Counted from the first letter of the stretch, positions 17,651-28,549 are shown. The stretch is DNA of 64,000 nucleotides from Paracoccaceae bacterium (GCA_046305855.1 JBKDYO010000045.1:6627-70626); one strand, 5' to 3'. Program-made: numbers and translations. The notes: generated from the sequence alone by a model not told the origin.

Positions 17651-19663
17651 GTGGGCGACGTGGCATCGCTTCTCGGGCGGGTATTTCACGCTATTTTAAT
17701 GGCATTTGTCGTCAGCACCATTGTGGTGACGTCTCCTCTGCAATCCGCACCGTTTGCGGCCATCGTGATGGACGGGCGCACGGGCGAGGTTCTTTACGAA
17801 AAGAACTCCGGCGCACGGCTGCATCCGGCGTCCCTGACCAAGATGATGACCCTCTACATCGCCTTTCAGGAGATCGAGGCAGGTCGTCTTTCGCTGGATA
17901 CCAAGGTGACAGTGACGAAATACGCGGCCTCGCAACCGCCCTCGCGCCTCGGTCTGAAGCCCGGCCAGAGAATTGCGGTGCGCTATCTGATCCGCGCCGC
18001 GGCGATCAAGTCGGCCAATGATGCGGCTTCGGCGATCGGCGATCACATTAGTGGAGACGCCGCAAGCTTTGCCAAGCGGATGACGCGGACGGCGCGGCAG
18101 CTGGGCATGCACGACACCACGTTCAAGAACGCGAACGGCCTGACAGCCGACGGTCACCTGTCGACCGCGCGCGACATGAACATCCTGGGTCGGCACCTGT
18201 TCTACGACTTTCCGCAGTACTATCACATCTTCTCGCGCCGGACGGCGGATGCGGGAATTGCGACGGTGACGAACACCAACTCGCGCTTCCTTGACGCCTA
18301 TGAGGGCGCGGACGGCATTAAGACGGGCTACACCTCGCCTGCGGGCTTCAACCTCACCGCTTCTGCGCATCGCGGAAAGAAGCACATCATCGCAACGGTC
18401 TTTGGCGGCACGTCGTCGGCGAACCGCAATGCGAAAATGGCCGAGCTGATGGACATCGGCTTCGGCAAGGCCCGGAACAACGTCACCGAACAGCCACCGG
18501 TCGCGGCAGCTGTCGAGGACGCGCTGGTGGCCTCGCTTGAAACCGGGATCGACGAGATCGACGCCGTCGGGGGCGCTGGCAAGATCGTGCGGGTGTCGGG
18601 CGAAGTGAAGACCTCGCCGCGCCCGAAGGCACGGCCCGATGTCACCGCTGTCCCGGACGACGTGGCGATCGCGATGGCGGAAGGGATCGAGGGCGCTCTG
18701 GCCGAAGCGACGGCCGAACCCGCACCGCAAGGCACGCTCGAGTTCCAGGCCGACGCCATGGCTATGGCCGAGTTGCCGGCAGAAACGGCGCCCCCCGAGG
18801 AAGCCGTGGCAGTTGCAGCTGCACTGGCCGAGGTGGAACTTCCCGAAGCAGCTTCGGAAATGGCAGTTGAAGTAGCTGATGCAGCCCCAGAGGCCGGTCA
18901 GGAAGCTCTGGTCGAGCTGGCCGCGAACGATGCTGCCGTAGTGGCCGTTCCGGAACCCGGCACGCTGGAGGCTCAGGCCGCCGCTCTGACCGATCCGTTG
19001 CCGGAAACGTTGGTCGCCGAGGCAACCCCAGCCGAAGCGCCCGTCGATCCATCCTTGGCTGCGTTGAAACCCAAGGCCCGGCCAGAGACGCTGATCGCGC
19101 CCCAGGTCGCCGAAGTCGAAGCTCCGGCCGAACCGCCCGTTGCCCCGGTCGCCGAAGAAATCGTCGTGGCCGAAGCCGCGCCCGAGCTTGTGGTGACCGA
19201 TCCCGGTATCGAATCCGCCGAAACGGCTCCGCTGACGCTGCTGACCGAGGTCACCGAGGTCGAGACTGTCGCCGGTGCCACTGCCTTTATGCCGCCAGCG
19301 GCTGACATCGCACTGGATACCGCCCCGCTCGCGATGCCCAAACGGCAGGCGCCGATCTTCGACGCGGTGGAAACCGCCGAGGTGGCGGCGGACGCAGAAG
19401 AAGTCGTGGTGGTGATGTCCACCTCGGGCGGGCGGCACTTCGGGGTGAACGTGGGCGAGTATCCCTCGCGCTACGAGGCCGAGAAGGCGCTTCTGAAGAC
19501 CGCGCTGGCCGAAAGCGCCACGCTGAACGAGGGGCTGCGGAAGACGACCCAGTCGGGCGGGGCTTGGCGCGCGAGCTTCATGGGGCTGACCGAAGACCAG
19601 GCGGAACTGGCCTGCCGCCGCCTTTCGGCCCGCGCCGTTCCCTGTGAAACTGTAGGAGGCTGA
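17651..19663 (+). CDS. D-alanyl-D-alanine carboxypeptidase (PBP5/S11 type) with a long Ala/Glu/Pro-rich linker and a C-terminal SPOR domain
   Basis: SLTK (SxxK), SAN (SxN) and KTG motifs in the first roughly 280 aa. A low-complexity acidic A/E/P/V segment of about 300 aa follows. The last roughly 85 aa are SPOR-like (FGVNVGEYPSRYEAEKAL...WRASFMGLTEDQAELACRRL). Confidence 0.85.
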   Translation: MGDVASLLGRVFHAILMAFVVSTIVVTSPLQSAPFAAIVMDGRTGEVLYEKNSGARLHPASLTKMMTLYIAFQEIEAGRLSLDTKVTVTKYAASQPPSRLGLKPGQRIAVRYLIRAAAIKSANDAASAIGDHISGDAASFAKRMTRTARQLGMHDTTFKNANGLTADGHLSTARDMNILGRHLFYDFPQYYHIFSRRTADAGIATVTNTNSRFLDAYEGADGIKTGYTSPAGFNLTASAHRGKKHIIATVFGGTSSANRNAKMAELMDIGFGKARNNVTEQPPVAAAVEDALVASLETGIDEIDAVGGAGKIVRVSGEVKTSPRPKARPDVTAVPDDVAIAMAEGIEGALAEATAEPAPQGTLEFQADAMAMAELPAETAPPEEAVAVAAALAEVELPEAASEMAVEVADAAPEAGQEALVELAANDAAVVAVPEPGTLEAQAAALTDPLPETLVAEATPAEAPVDPSLAALKPKARPETLIAPQVAEVEAPAEPPVAPVAEEIVVAEAAPELVVTDPGIESAETAPLTLLTEVTEVETVAGATAFMPPAADIALDTAPLAMPKRQAPIFDAVETAEVAADAEEVVVVMSTSGGRHFGVNVGEYPSRYEAEKALLKTALAESATLNEGLRKTTQSGGAWRASFMGLTEDQAELACRRLSARAVPCETVGG

Positions 19664-19666
19664 ACG

Positions 19667-20341
19667 ATGGTTGCCCTGGTATTCCCGGCCCTGCCGACCG
19701 TAACACTGGCCGTCACCGGCCGCCCGGAACGCTTTCCGATCCGCCGTATCTTCTGCGTCGGCCGGAACTATGCCGAGCATGCGACCGAAATGGGGAACGA
19801 CCCGGCAGAGGCGCCGTTCTTCTTCACCAAGCCTGCCGACGCGGTGGTGGAATCCGGCAGCCGCATTCCCTACCCGCCTGCGACCTCGAACCTTCACCAT
19901 GAGGGCGAGCTGGTGGTCGCCATCGGCAAGTCGGGCGCGATGGTGTCGGAGGAAGACGCTCCGAACCTGATCTGGGGGCACGCCGCAGGAAACGACCTGA
20001 CCCGGCGCGATCTGCAGGCCGAGGCGAAGGCGAGCCGCCGTCCCTGGGACATGGCAAAGGGGTTCGACAAGTCCGCCGTGGTGGGCGCGGTCCGGCCCGG
20101 GCCGCTGCCCGAGGCGACGCTGCGCTGTTCGGTCAACGGGGCGATGCGGCAGCAGGCGAAGCTGTCGGACATGATCTGGACCCCGGCTGCGATCATCGCG
20201 GCGCTGTCGAGGATGGTCAGCCTGTCGCCCGGCGACCTGATCTTCACGGGGACCCCCGCAGGGGTGGGTCCGCTGAACCGCGGCGACACCTGCAAGGTCG
20301 AGATCGAGGGATTGCAGTCGGCGAGCGTGACGATCGCCTGA
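19667..20341 (+). CDS. Fumarylacetoacetate hydrolase family protein
   Basis: IFCVGRNYAEHATEMG, HHEGELVVAIGK and PGDLIFTGTPAGVG are FAH-fold hallmarks. Confidence 0.85.
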   Translation: MVALVFPALPTVTLAVTGRPERFPIRRIFCVGRNYAEHATEMGNDPAEAPFFFTKPADAVVESGSRIPYPPATSNLHHEGELVVAIGKSGAMVSEEDAPNLIWGHAAGNDLTRRDLQAEAKASRRPWDMAKGFDKSAVVGAVRPGPLPEATLRCSVNGAMRQQAKLSDMIWTPAAIIAALSRMVSLSPGDLIFTGTPAGVGPLNRGDTCKVEIEGLQSASVTIA

Positions 20342-20370
20342 TCTGTCCACGGTAGACGAATCTGGATTAT

Positions 20371-20403
20371 CCCGCAAGTTCATGGACTTGCGGGTTTCCA
20401 TTT
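20371..20403 (+). terminator. Hairpin terminator between the convergent FAH gene and ccoS
   Basis: 9-bp stem CCCGCAAGT/ACTTGCGGG followed by TTTCCATTT on the plus strand. Confidence 0.5.
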
Positions 20404-20424
20404 ACCTGGTCTTAACTTCTGGAT

Positions 20425-20583
20425 TCAGGGCTTCGGCTTGTCGTCCCATTCCTTTGTCAGGATGCGGCTTGCGTCGCCCTCGGGGTCGTCGAACTGCTTG
20501 GTGCGCATGGCCCAGAAGAAGGCCGCAAGACCGATCCCGCCCAAAAGCAGCGAAACCGGGATGAGGATCGCGAGAATCTCCAT
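20425..20583 (-). CDS. ccoS: cbb3 oxidase maturation protein CcoS/FixS (52 aa), not in the supplied ORF track
   Basis: Translated by hand: MEILAILIPVSLLLGGIGLAAFFWAMRTKQFDDPEGDASRILTKEWDDKPKP, a typical CcoS sequence (one TM helix plus the QFDD motif). Its ATG overlaps the ccoI stop (TAATG). Confidence 0.8.
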   Translation of the reverse strand: MEILAILIPVSLLLGGIGLAAFFWAMRTKQFDDPEGDASRILTKEWDDKPKP

Positions 20584-22784
20584 TATTTCAGCCGCATCGC
20601 GTTCAGGGACACGGTGATCGAGGACAGCGACATCGCAAGCGCGGCGGCCAAGGGCGTGGCGTGGCCGATGAGCGCAAGCGGCACGGCCACTACGTTATAG
20701 CCGCCGGAGATCAGGAAGTTCTCGACCATCCGCCGCGCTGATTGCCGCCCGATCCGCACGGCGTCGCCGATGGGGGCGATGTCCTGACCGAGAAGCACGA
20801 TGTCCGAAGCGACCCTTGCCGCGTCCAGCGCCGAGGCGGGGGAAATCGAGACATGGGCGGCAGCAAGGGCCGCAGTGTCATTGAGTCCATCGCCGACCAT
20901 CAGGACCTTGCGGCCCTGCGCCGAAAGTTCGGCCACGCGAGCGGCCTTTTCAGCGGGAAGGACACCGGCCTTCCAGTTCGGGATGCCCAGCCGGTCGGCC
21001 AGATCCTGCACGGGGGCGGGCGCGTCGCCGGACAAGAGTTCAACCTTAAGACCTGCGGCCTTCAGCGCCGCGACGGCCTTCTCCGCACCGGGGCGGAGGC
21101 GGTCAGTAAAGGCGAAGGCATGCGTCTGCACGCCCAGCGACAGGTAGGTCGCCGTTGCGGTCAACGGCGCGGCGCCGCACCAGTCGGCCCGGCCAAGCCG
21201 GGCGCGGGAGCCTTGATACTGGCCCTCGATACCGTAGCCCGGGACTTCGCGAATGTCGGTCACATGTGCCGGGGTGATGCCAGCGGCCTTTGCGCCGTCG
21301 GCCAGCGCGCGGGCCAGCGGGTGGGAGGAGCCCGAAGCGAGGGCCGCCGCGACCGCGAGGGCGTCTTGCGGGTGGTCGGCCAAAGCGACGGGTTCGGGCA
21401 TGCCAAGGGTCAAGGTGCCGGTCTTGTCGAAAACGACAGTGTCGACCTCGGCCAGACGCTCCAAAGCGGTGCCGTGCTTGATCAGGAGGCCCTTACGGAA
21501 GAGGCGGCCAGAGGCAGAGGTGATGACGGCGGGAACCGCAAGGCCAAGGGCGCAGGGGCAAGTGATGATCAGGACGGCGGCAGAGATGTTGATCGCATAG
21601 CGCACGTCGCCGCCAGTGGCCCACATCCAATACCCGAAGGCGCTGAACGACAGGATGTGGACGAGGGGCGAGTAGAGCTTGGCCGCACGGTCGGCGAGGC
21701 TGGTGTAGCGGGTCTTTGCCCCTTCCGCGACGGCGACGAGATCGGCCATGCGGTGGAGGCTGGAATCCTTGCCCGCCGCAGTAACTTGAACGGTGAGGGG
21801 GCCGGTCAGGTTGACCTCGCCCGCGCTGACGACGGTGCCCTGCCCCGCCTGCACGGGCAGGCTTTCGCCGGTCAGAAGGCTGCGGTCAAGCTCCGAGGAG
21901 CCGTGAAGGACGATCCCGTCGACCGGCATCCGCGCGCCGGGACGGACGAGGACGGTGTCGCCGGGGTGGATCTCGGCGATGGGGGTTTCGATCTCGGCCC
22001 CGTCAAGGAGGAGGATCGCGCGGGGCACTTCCAGCGCCGCGAGTTCCTCCGCCGCCGAGCGGGCGATGGCGCGGGTGCGATGGTCGAGGTAGCGACCAAG
22101 GAGGAGGAAGAAGGCCAGCATCACGGCGGCGTCGAAATAGGCGTGGTGGCCGGACATCGCAGTTTCATAGACCGAGATCGAGGAGGCGAGGATCAGGGCG
22201 AGGGAGATCGGCACGTCCATGCCAAGCTTGCCCTGCCAGAGCGAGGCCCAGGCGGATTTGAAGAAGGGTTGGCCCGCGAAGATGACGGTGGGGAGTGCAA
22301 TGGCACCGGAAATCCAGTGGAAGAGGTCGCGGGTTGCATCCGCGGCCCCCGACCAGACGGCGACGGAAAGAAGCATCACGTTCATCATCGAAAAGAACGC
22401 GACGCCGAGACGCATCAGAAGGTCGCGGCCCTGCCGGTCCGTTTCGGTGCTGGAAAGGAGGCCGGGGTCAAGCTCGTGGGCTTCCTGGCCCTGGGCGTCG
22501 AGGAGGTCGATCAGCTGGGCGGCAGTGACGGAGGGCATCGCCTCGACGCTGACGCGCTTCTGGGTGAGGTTGACCCGGGCAGAAATCACGCCGGGCACGG
22601 CCTGAATGGCGGCCTCGACCGTGGAAATGGACTGTGCGCCGCCCGCGTTCGGGAGCGACAGGATGATGCGCCCGGCCCGATCGGCCCGCAAGGCGGCGAT
22701 GCGCTCGGCGGCGGGCACGACCACGCAAGCCGGGCAAGCCGAGACCGACGCGCGGGTGGTCCCGAAGTCTTCGGCAAGCGCCAT
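20583..22784 (-). CDS. ccoI: Copper-translocating P1B-type ATPase CcoI/FixI
   Basis: CPC in a TM helix (ITCPCALGLAVP), DKTGTLT, GDGLNDTAAL. Synteny with ccoGHIS. Confidence 0.9.
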   Translation of the reverse strand: MALAEDFGTTRASVSACPACVVVPAAERIAALRADRAGRIILSLPNAGGAQSISTVEAAIQAVPGVISARVNLTQKRVSVEAMPSVTAAQLIDLLDAQGQEAHELDPGLLSSTETDRQGRDLLMRLGVAFFSMMNVMLLSVAVWSGAADATRDLFHWISGAIALPTVIFAGQPFFKSAWASLWQGKLGMDVPISLALILASSISVYETAMSGHHAYFDAAVMLAFFLLLGRYLDHRTRAIARSAAEELAALEVPRAILLLDGAEIETPIAEIHPGDTVLVRPGARMPVDGIVLHGSSELDRSLLTGESLPVQAGQGTVVSAGEVNLTGPLTVQVTAAGKDSSLHRMADLVAVAEGAKTRYTSLADRAAKLYSPLVHILSFSAFGYWMWATGGDVRYAINISAAVLIITCPCALGLAVPAVITSASGRLFRKGLLIKHGTALERLAEVDTVVFDKTGTLTLGMPEPVALADHPQDALAVAAALASGSSHPLARALADGAKAAGITPAHVTDIREVPGYGIEGQYQGSRARLGRADWCGAAPLTATATYLSLGVQTHAFAFTDRLRPGAEKAVAALKAAGLKVELLSGDAPAPVQDLADRLGIPNWKAGVLPAEKAARVAELSAQGRKVLMVGDGLNDTAALAAAHVSISPASALDAARVASDIVLLGQDIAPIGDAVRIGRQSARRMVENFLISGGYNVVAVPLALIGHATPLAAALAMSLSSITVSLNAMRLK

Positions 22785-22787
22785 CGG

Positions 22788-23240
22788 TCAGCCCCGCACG
22801 AAAAGCTCGGAGCGCCGTTCGAAGAGCGTTCCGTCAGTCGCGGTTGCGGTCACCTTGACCATCCATTTGCCCGGGTGAAGGCTAAGCGCCGATGTGTAGA
22901 CATCGCCAGCCTGGACAAAGCCTGGCATGACGTCGTCGGCGGTCGAGGTCGTGCGCCCGATCAACACCTGCAAATCGCGCACTGCGACCGGTTGCCCGGC
23001 CCGGTCGGTAAAGGCGAGGTCGACGCGGCCGTCGGCATAGCTGGGCGCGACTTGCCAGCCCAAAGCCTCTTGCGCGGCTTTCCGATCATTGAAGCCCTGG
23101 CTGGCGACGTAGGAGTTCTTGACCTCAAGGCCCGGGAAGGTACTGACCGCCTTGAAGGCCAAAAGCGCATTGACCCCGATGATCACCGCAAATGCGCTGG
23201 CAGTGATGGCGAAGACATGTTTGCCGGTGAGCTCAGTCAT
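22788..23240 (-). CDS. ccoH: cbb3 oxidase assembly protein CcoH/FixH
   Basis: MTELTGKHVFAITASAFAVIIGVNALLAF... is the single-TM FixH family. Its ATG at 23240 overlaps the ccoG stop by 8 nt. Confidence 0.85.
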   Translation of the reverse strand: MTELTGKHVFAITASAFAVIIGVNALLAFKAVSTFPGLEVKNSYVASQGFNDRKAAQEALGWQVAPSYADGRVDLAFTDRAGQPVAVRDLQVLIGRTTSTADDVMPGFVQAGDVYTSALSLHPGKWMVKVTATATDGTLFERRSELFVRG

Positions 23241-24711
23241 CGTCGTCTTCCTCTTCCTTGCCGTTGAAGATCGTATCATGGTGGACGCGGTTCGTCGTCC
23301 CAAGTTCCTCGACCCAGATCCGCACGTCGGTCCGGTCCTCGACGGCGGCCCGCGTACCCGGGGCGGCGGTCAGGTAGACGCGCTGGGACATGGTCTCGTT
23401 CGCGGGGACAGTGACGGTCAGTCCTTCCGCCCCTTCCAGCGCCAGGGTCACGAAGGCGTCGGACGTCGCGGCGATGGTGAACTGGGCGTCATCGCCCTGC
23501 ATGTTGCGCAGGCGGATGTCATAGGCGTTGCGGATGGACCCGTCGGAGAGGGTGACGAAGGTCGGGTTGCGGACCGGGGTCACGTTCATGTCGATGGGCG
23601 AGCGCAGGAACAGCGCCACGACAAGGCCGATGCCAACAGCGGACCAGAGCACGGTGTAAAGCATGGTGCGGACGCGGAAGACATGGGCCCAGACCGACTT
23701 CGGGGTCTGGCCCGCGCGTTCGCGGGTCTCATCCGTCAGTGCGAGGTAGCCGATCAGGTCGCGGGGCTTGCCGATCCGGTCCATCGTGTCGTTGCAGGCG
23801 TCGATACAAAGCCCGCAGGTGATGCAGGCCAGCTGCTGGCCGTTCCTGATGTCGATGCCCATCGGGCAGACATTGACGCAGGCCATGCAGTCGATGCAGT
23901 CGCCGTTGCCTTCAACTGTCTGCTTGCCGCGCGGTTCTCCGCGCCAGTCGCGGTAGCCGATGGTCAGCGTGTCCTCGTCCATCATCGCGGCCTGGATGCG
24001 GGGCCAGGGGCAGGCGTAGATGCAGATCTGTTCGCGGGCGAAACCGCCGAAGAAGAAGGTGGTGAAGGTCAGGATCAGGATGGTGATGTAGGCGATCGGG
24101 TGGGCCTGGAAGGTCACGAGATCGCGCAGGAGGGTCGGCGCGTCGGTGAAGTAGAACACCCAGGCACCGCCAGTGGCGAGGCCGATGAAAAGCCAGATCC
24201 ACCACTTGATGCCGTTCTTGACCAGTTTTTCCCAGTTCCAGGGCTGGCGATGGAGCCGGATGCGGGCGTTGCGGTCGCCTTCGACCCATCGCTCGACGAG
24301 GATGAAAAGGTCGGTCCAGACGGTCTGGGGGCAGGCATAGCCGCACCACACGCGGCCAGCCGCCGAGGTGAAGAGGAAGAGGCCGAGGCCAGCCATGATG
24401 AGGAGGCCCGCGATGAAGTAGAATTCGTGCGGCCAGATTTCGATCATGAAGAAGAAGAACCGGCGGTTGGCCATGTCGATCAGCACCGCCTGATCGGGGA
24501 GCGACGGCCCCCGGTCCCAGCGCAGCCAGGGGGTGATGTAGTAGATGCCTAGGGTGATCCCCATGATCCACCACTTGAGCGTCCGGAAGGTGCCCTTCAC
24601 CCGGCGCGGAAACACCGGCTCGCGGGCGGCATAGAGGCTGGGTTCGGTTTCGGGGGTGGTCACGGGCGCTCTTTCATTGGTACGGGCACTGGCGCGGGGC
24701 CAAACTGTCAT
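23233..24711 (-). CDS. ccoG: cbb3 oxidase accessory protein CcoG/FixG (polyferredoxin-like cupric reductase)
   Basis: Two 4Fe-4S motifs (CIDCMACVNVCP, CITCGLCIDAC) and multiple TM helices. An alternative GTG start at 24663, with an AAAGAG Shine-Dalgarno sequence, fits the FNR-box geometry better. Confidence 0.9.
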   Translation of the reverse strand: MTVWPRASARTNERAPVTTPETEPSLYAAREPVFPRRVKGTFRTLKWWIMGITLGIYYITPWLRWDRGPSLPDQAVLIDMANRRFFFFMIEIWPHEFYFIAGLLIMAGLGLFLFTSAAGRVWCGYACPQTVWTDLFILVERWVEGDRNARIRLHRQPWNWEKLVKNGIKWWIWLFIGLATGGAWVFYFTDAPTLLRDLVTFQAHPIAYITILILTFTTFFFGGFAREQICIYACPWPRIQAAMMDEDTLTIGYRDWRGEPRGKQTVEGNGDCIDCMACVNVCPMGIDIRNGQQLACITCGLCIDACNDTMDRIGKPRDLIGYLALTDETRERAGQTPKSVWAHVFRVRTMLYTVLWSAVGIGLVVALFLRSPIDMNVTPVRNPTFVTLSDGSIRNAYDIRLRNMQGDDAQFTIAATSDAFVTLALEGAEGLTVTVPANETMSQRVYLTAAPGTRAAVEDRTDVRIWVEELGTTNRVHHDTIFNGKEEEDDDD

Positions 24712-24746
24712 CCTGTCTGCAATCGGTCATTCCGGGCGGCATGGCC

Positions 24747-24760
24747 TTGACCTGCATCAA
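24747..24760. promoter_or_regulatory. FNR/FnrL-type anaerobox TTGACCTGCATCAA upstream of ccoGHIS
   Basis: TTGAC-N4-ATCAA in the ccoP-ccoG spacer. Confidence 0.6.
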
Positions 24761-24893
24761 TACCGGCCAGCGGCGGACGGAATGAATGCGGCAATGCAGC
24801 GCAAATTCCTGTGATCGTCTCGGCCGTGCCTGTCGCCCAGCATTCCCGCGCGGCAGCGCAAGTCCGGACACCGAAGCACCCGCGTGCCTTCAG

Positions 24894-24921
24894 AAAAAAG
24901 GGCGGGGGCCCGAAGGCCCCC
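24894..24921 (-). terminator. Intrinsic terminator after ccoP
   Basis: On the minus strand: GGGGGCC-TTCG-GGCCCCC followed by GCCCTTTTTTCTG. Confidence 0.6.
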
Positions 24922-24958
24922 GTTCAGTTGGAGGGAACTCAGGTGAAGGGAACAGGGA

Positions 24959-25834
24959 TCACTCGCCGCCGCCGCGACCGTGGACATAGAAGGCCACGGC
25001 GCGGATTTCGTCTTCGCTCAGGCGGGTGTTCCAGTTCGGCATGACGCCGAAGCGGGCCTTGGTGACCGTCTGGACGATTGCCTCGCGCGAGCCGCCGTAG
25101 AGCCAGATCGCATCGGTCAGCTTTGGCGCACCTTGCGCCCGGTCGCCGGAGCCGTCTTCCATATGGCAGGCCGCGCAGTTGTCGGTGAAGAGCACGGCCC
25201 CTTCTGCTGCAAGTGCCGCGTCATGCTCTTGACCCGAGATGGCCAGCACATGTTCTGAAACCTGGGCAATCTGGGTTTCGTCCAGAATACCGTCGGTGCC
25301 GAACTTCGGCATCTCGGAGTAGCGGGCATCGGCGTCAGTCGTGTTGCGGATGCCGTGGGTGATCGTCAGATGGATATCCTCCATCGTGCCGCCCCAGAGC
25401 CAGTCGTCGTCCAGAAGGTTCGGGTAGCCCTTGCCCTCGAACCCGGCAGCGCCCGAGCCGTGGCAAGTGGCGCAGTTGGTGCGAAAGACGGCGGCACCCG
25501 CGTTCTCGGCAAAGGTCGCAAGCTCGGGGTCCGCCCCGATGGCGTTCAGGTCGGCAGCCACCAGCTTGGCCTTGATGGCCGCGTTGTCCTTATCAACGGC
25601 AGCGATCTCGACCGCGACATCCGCCCTTGTACTGGCCCCGAGGAGACCGGGCGTCGCCCCGGTGATCAGTGGCCAGGCGGGATAGGCGATGGTGTAGCCG
25701 ATGCCCCAGACAATGGTGGCGTAGAACACCCAGACCCACCAGCGCGGCAGCGGGTTGTTGTATTCTTCGATCCCGTCCCACTGGTGGCCGGTCGTTTCCA
25801 CCTGCCGGGGTTCTTTCTTCAATGGCTTGGCCAT
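24959..25834 (-). CDS. ccoP: cbb3-type cytochrome c oxidase subunit III (diheme)
   Basis: Two CxxCH motifs (CATCH, CAACH) and an N-terminal TM helix. Confidence 0.9.
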   Translation of the reverse strand: MAKPLKKEPRQVETTGHQWDGIEEYNNPLPRWWVWVFYATIVWGIGYTIAYPAWPLITGATPGLLGASTRADVAVEIAAVDKDNAAIKAKLVAADLNAIGADPELATFAENAGAAVFRTNCATCHGSGAAGFEGKGYPNLLDDDWLWGGTMEDIHLTITHGIRNTTDADARYSEMPKFGTDGILDETQIAQVSEHVLAISGQEHDAALAAEGAVLFTDNCAACHMEDGSGDRAQGAPKLTDAIWLYGGSREAIVQTVTKARFGVMPNWNTRLSEDEIRAVAFYVHGRGGGE

Positions 25835-25838
25835 GGCC

Positions 25839-26030
25839 TTAGCCCTCCTTCTTGGCAGGGGTTGGGTCCGCAGGACGGTCGTCGTTGCGGAAGATCGAAT
25901 TGGCGACGTCCTGATGCGCCGCCCGCGATCCGGGCCGGAAGGCCCAGAGGCAAAGCCCGAGGAAGCCCAGGGTCATCGCCAGCAGGAACCAGCTGTCGGC
26001 GAGGTGACGCAGGAAGGAATAGGTTTCCAT
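25839..26030 (-). CDS. ccoQ: cbb3-type cytochrome c oxidase subunit CcoQ
   Basis: 63 aa. [31 protein letters not shown] is a typical CcoQ start. The Shine-Dalgarno sequence AGGGGG precedes the ATG at 26030. Confidence 0.8.
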   Translation of the reverse strand: METYSFLRHLADSWFLLAMTLGFLGLCLWAFRPGSRAAHQDVANSIFRNDDRPADPTPAKKEG

Positions 26031-26040
26031 CTTTGCCCCC

Positions 26041-26784
26041 TTACCGGTTCGCCACGGGCGTGAAGGTCGAGAAGTCGACCATCGTGCCAAGGACCTGGAT
26101 ATAGGCGATCAGCGCGTCCATCTCGGTCAGTTCGGGCTGGCCGTCAAAGTTGCGGACGTTGACCGGTGTGCCGAAGGCATCCGCGCCGTAGCGTTCCTCC
26201 AGCCCCAAGGAATCCCCCAGCGGGTCGGCCTGGGCAGTAAAGTCGGCCAGCGCGGCTTCCACCATCTCGTCGGAGTAGGGCACGCCCGCCATCCGGTTCG
26301 TCGCGACGACATCCTGGATGTATTCGCCATCGATGATCCGGTTGGAAAGGAAGCCGTAGGGCGGCATCACCGATTCCGGCACGACCGATTTCGCGTTCTG
26401 GAAGTGGTCCTGGTGCCATTCGTCGGAATAGCGGCCACCCACCCGGGCCAGGTCTGGCCCAGTGCGTTTGGACCCCCACTGGAACGGCCGGTCGTACATC
26501 GATTCAGCTGCCAGCGAATAGTGGCCGTAGCGTTCGACCTCGTCCCGCATCGGACGGATCATCTGGCTGTGGCAGCCATAGCAGCCCTCGCGGATGTAGA
26601 TCCCCTTGCCCGCCAGTTCGAGAGGGGTGTAGGGCCGCATGCCTTCCACCTTCTCGATGGTGTTTTCCAGGTAGAAGAGCGGCACGATCTGCACGATCCC
26701 CCCGATGGTCACGACCAGAAGGCTGAGGATCATCAGCAGGGTCGCGTTGGTCTCGATGACCTTGTGCTTGTCAAGAAAAGCCAT
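26041..26784 (-). CDS. ccoO: cbb3-type cytochrome c oxidase subunit II (monoheme)
   Basis: CYGCH heme motif. Conserved CcoO sequence throughout. Confidence 0.9.
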   Translation of the reverse strand: MAFLDKHKVIETNATLLMILSLLVVTIGGIVQIVPLFYLENTIEKVEGMRPYTPLELAGKGIYIREGCYGCHSQMIRPMRDEVERYGHYSLAAESMYDRPFQWGSKRTGPDLARVGGRYSDEWHQDHFQNAKSVVPESVMPPYGFLSNRIIDGEYIQDVVATNRMAGVPYSDEMVEAALADFTAQADPLGDSLGLEERYGADAFGTPVNVRNFDGQPELTEMDALIAYIQVLGTMVDFSTFTPVANR

Positions 26785-26796
26785 TGTCTCGTTTCC

Positions 26797-28395
<1,599 letters not shown>

Positions 28396-28503
28396 GGTTA
28401 GTGTCCCTTCGTCCTGTCTGTCCGGTCGGTCCTGACGCAAGGGTCAGGGCCAAACCGGCCGCTCCGACTGGACGACTTCTGCAGTGCAGCAGCCGCTCCC
28501 GCC

Positions 28504-28517
28504 TTGATCTGCGTCAA
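28504..28517. promoter_or_regulatory. FNR/FnrL-type anaerobox TTGATCTGCGTCAA (ccoN-proximal)
   Basis: TTGAT-N4-GTCAA, centred about 115 bp upstream of the ccoN ATG. Confidence 0.6.
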
Positions 28518-28535
28518 CCACGGCGACGAAGCGAA

Positions 28536-28549
28536 TTGACCTCGGTCAA
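28536..28549. promoter_or_regulatory. FNR/FnrL-type anaerobox TTGACCTCGGTCAA (usp-proximal)
   Basis: Perfect palindrome TTGAC-N4-GTCAA, centred about 64 bp upstream of the usp ATG at 28606 and 32 bp from the first box. Confidence 0.6.
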
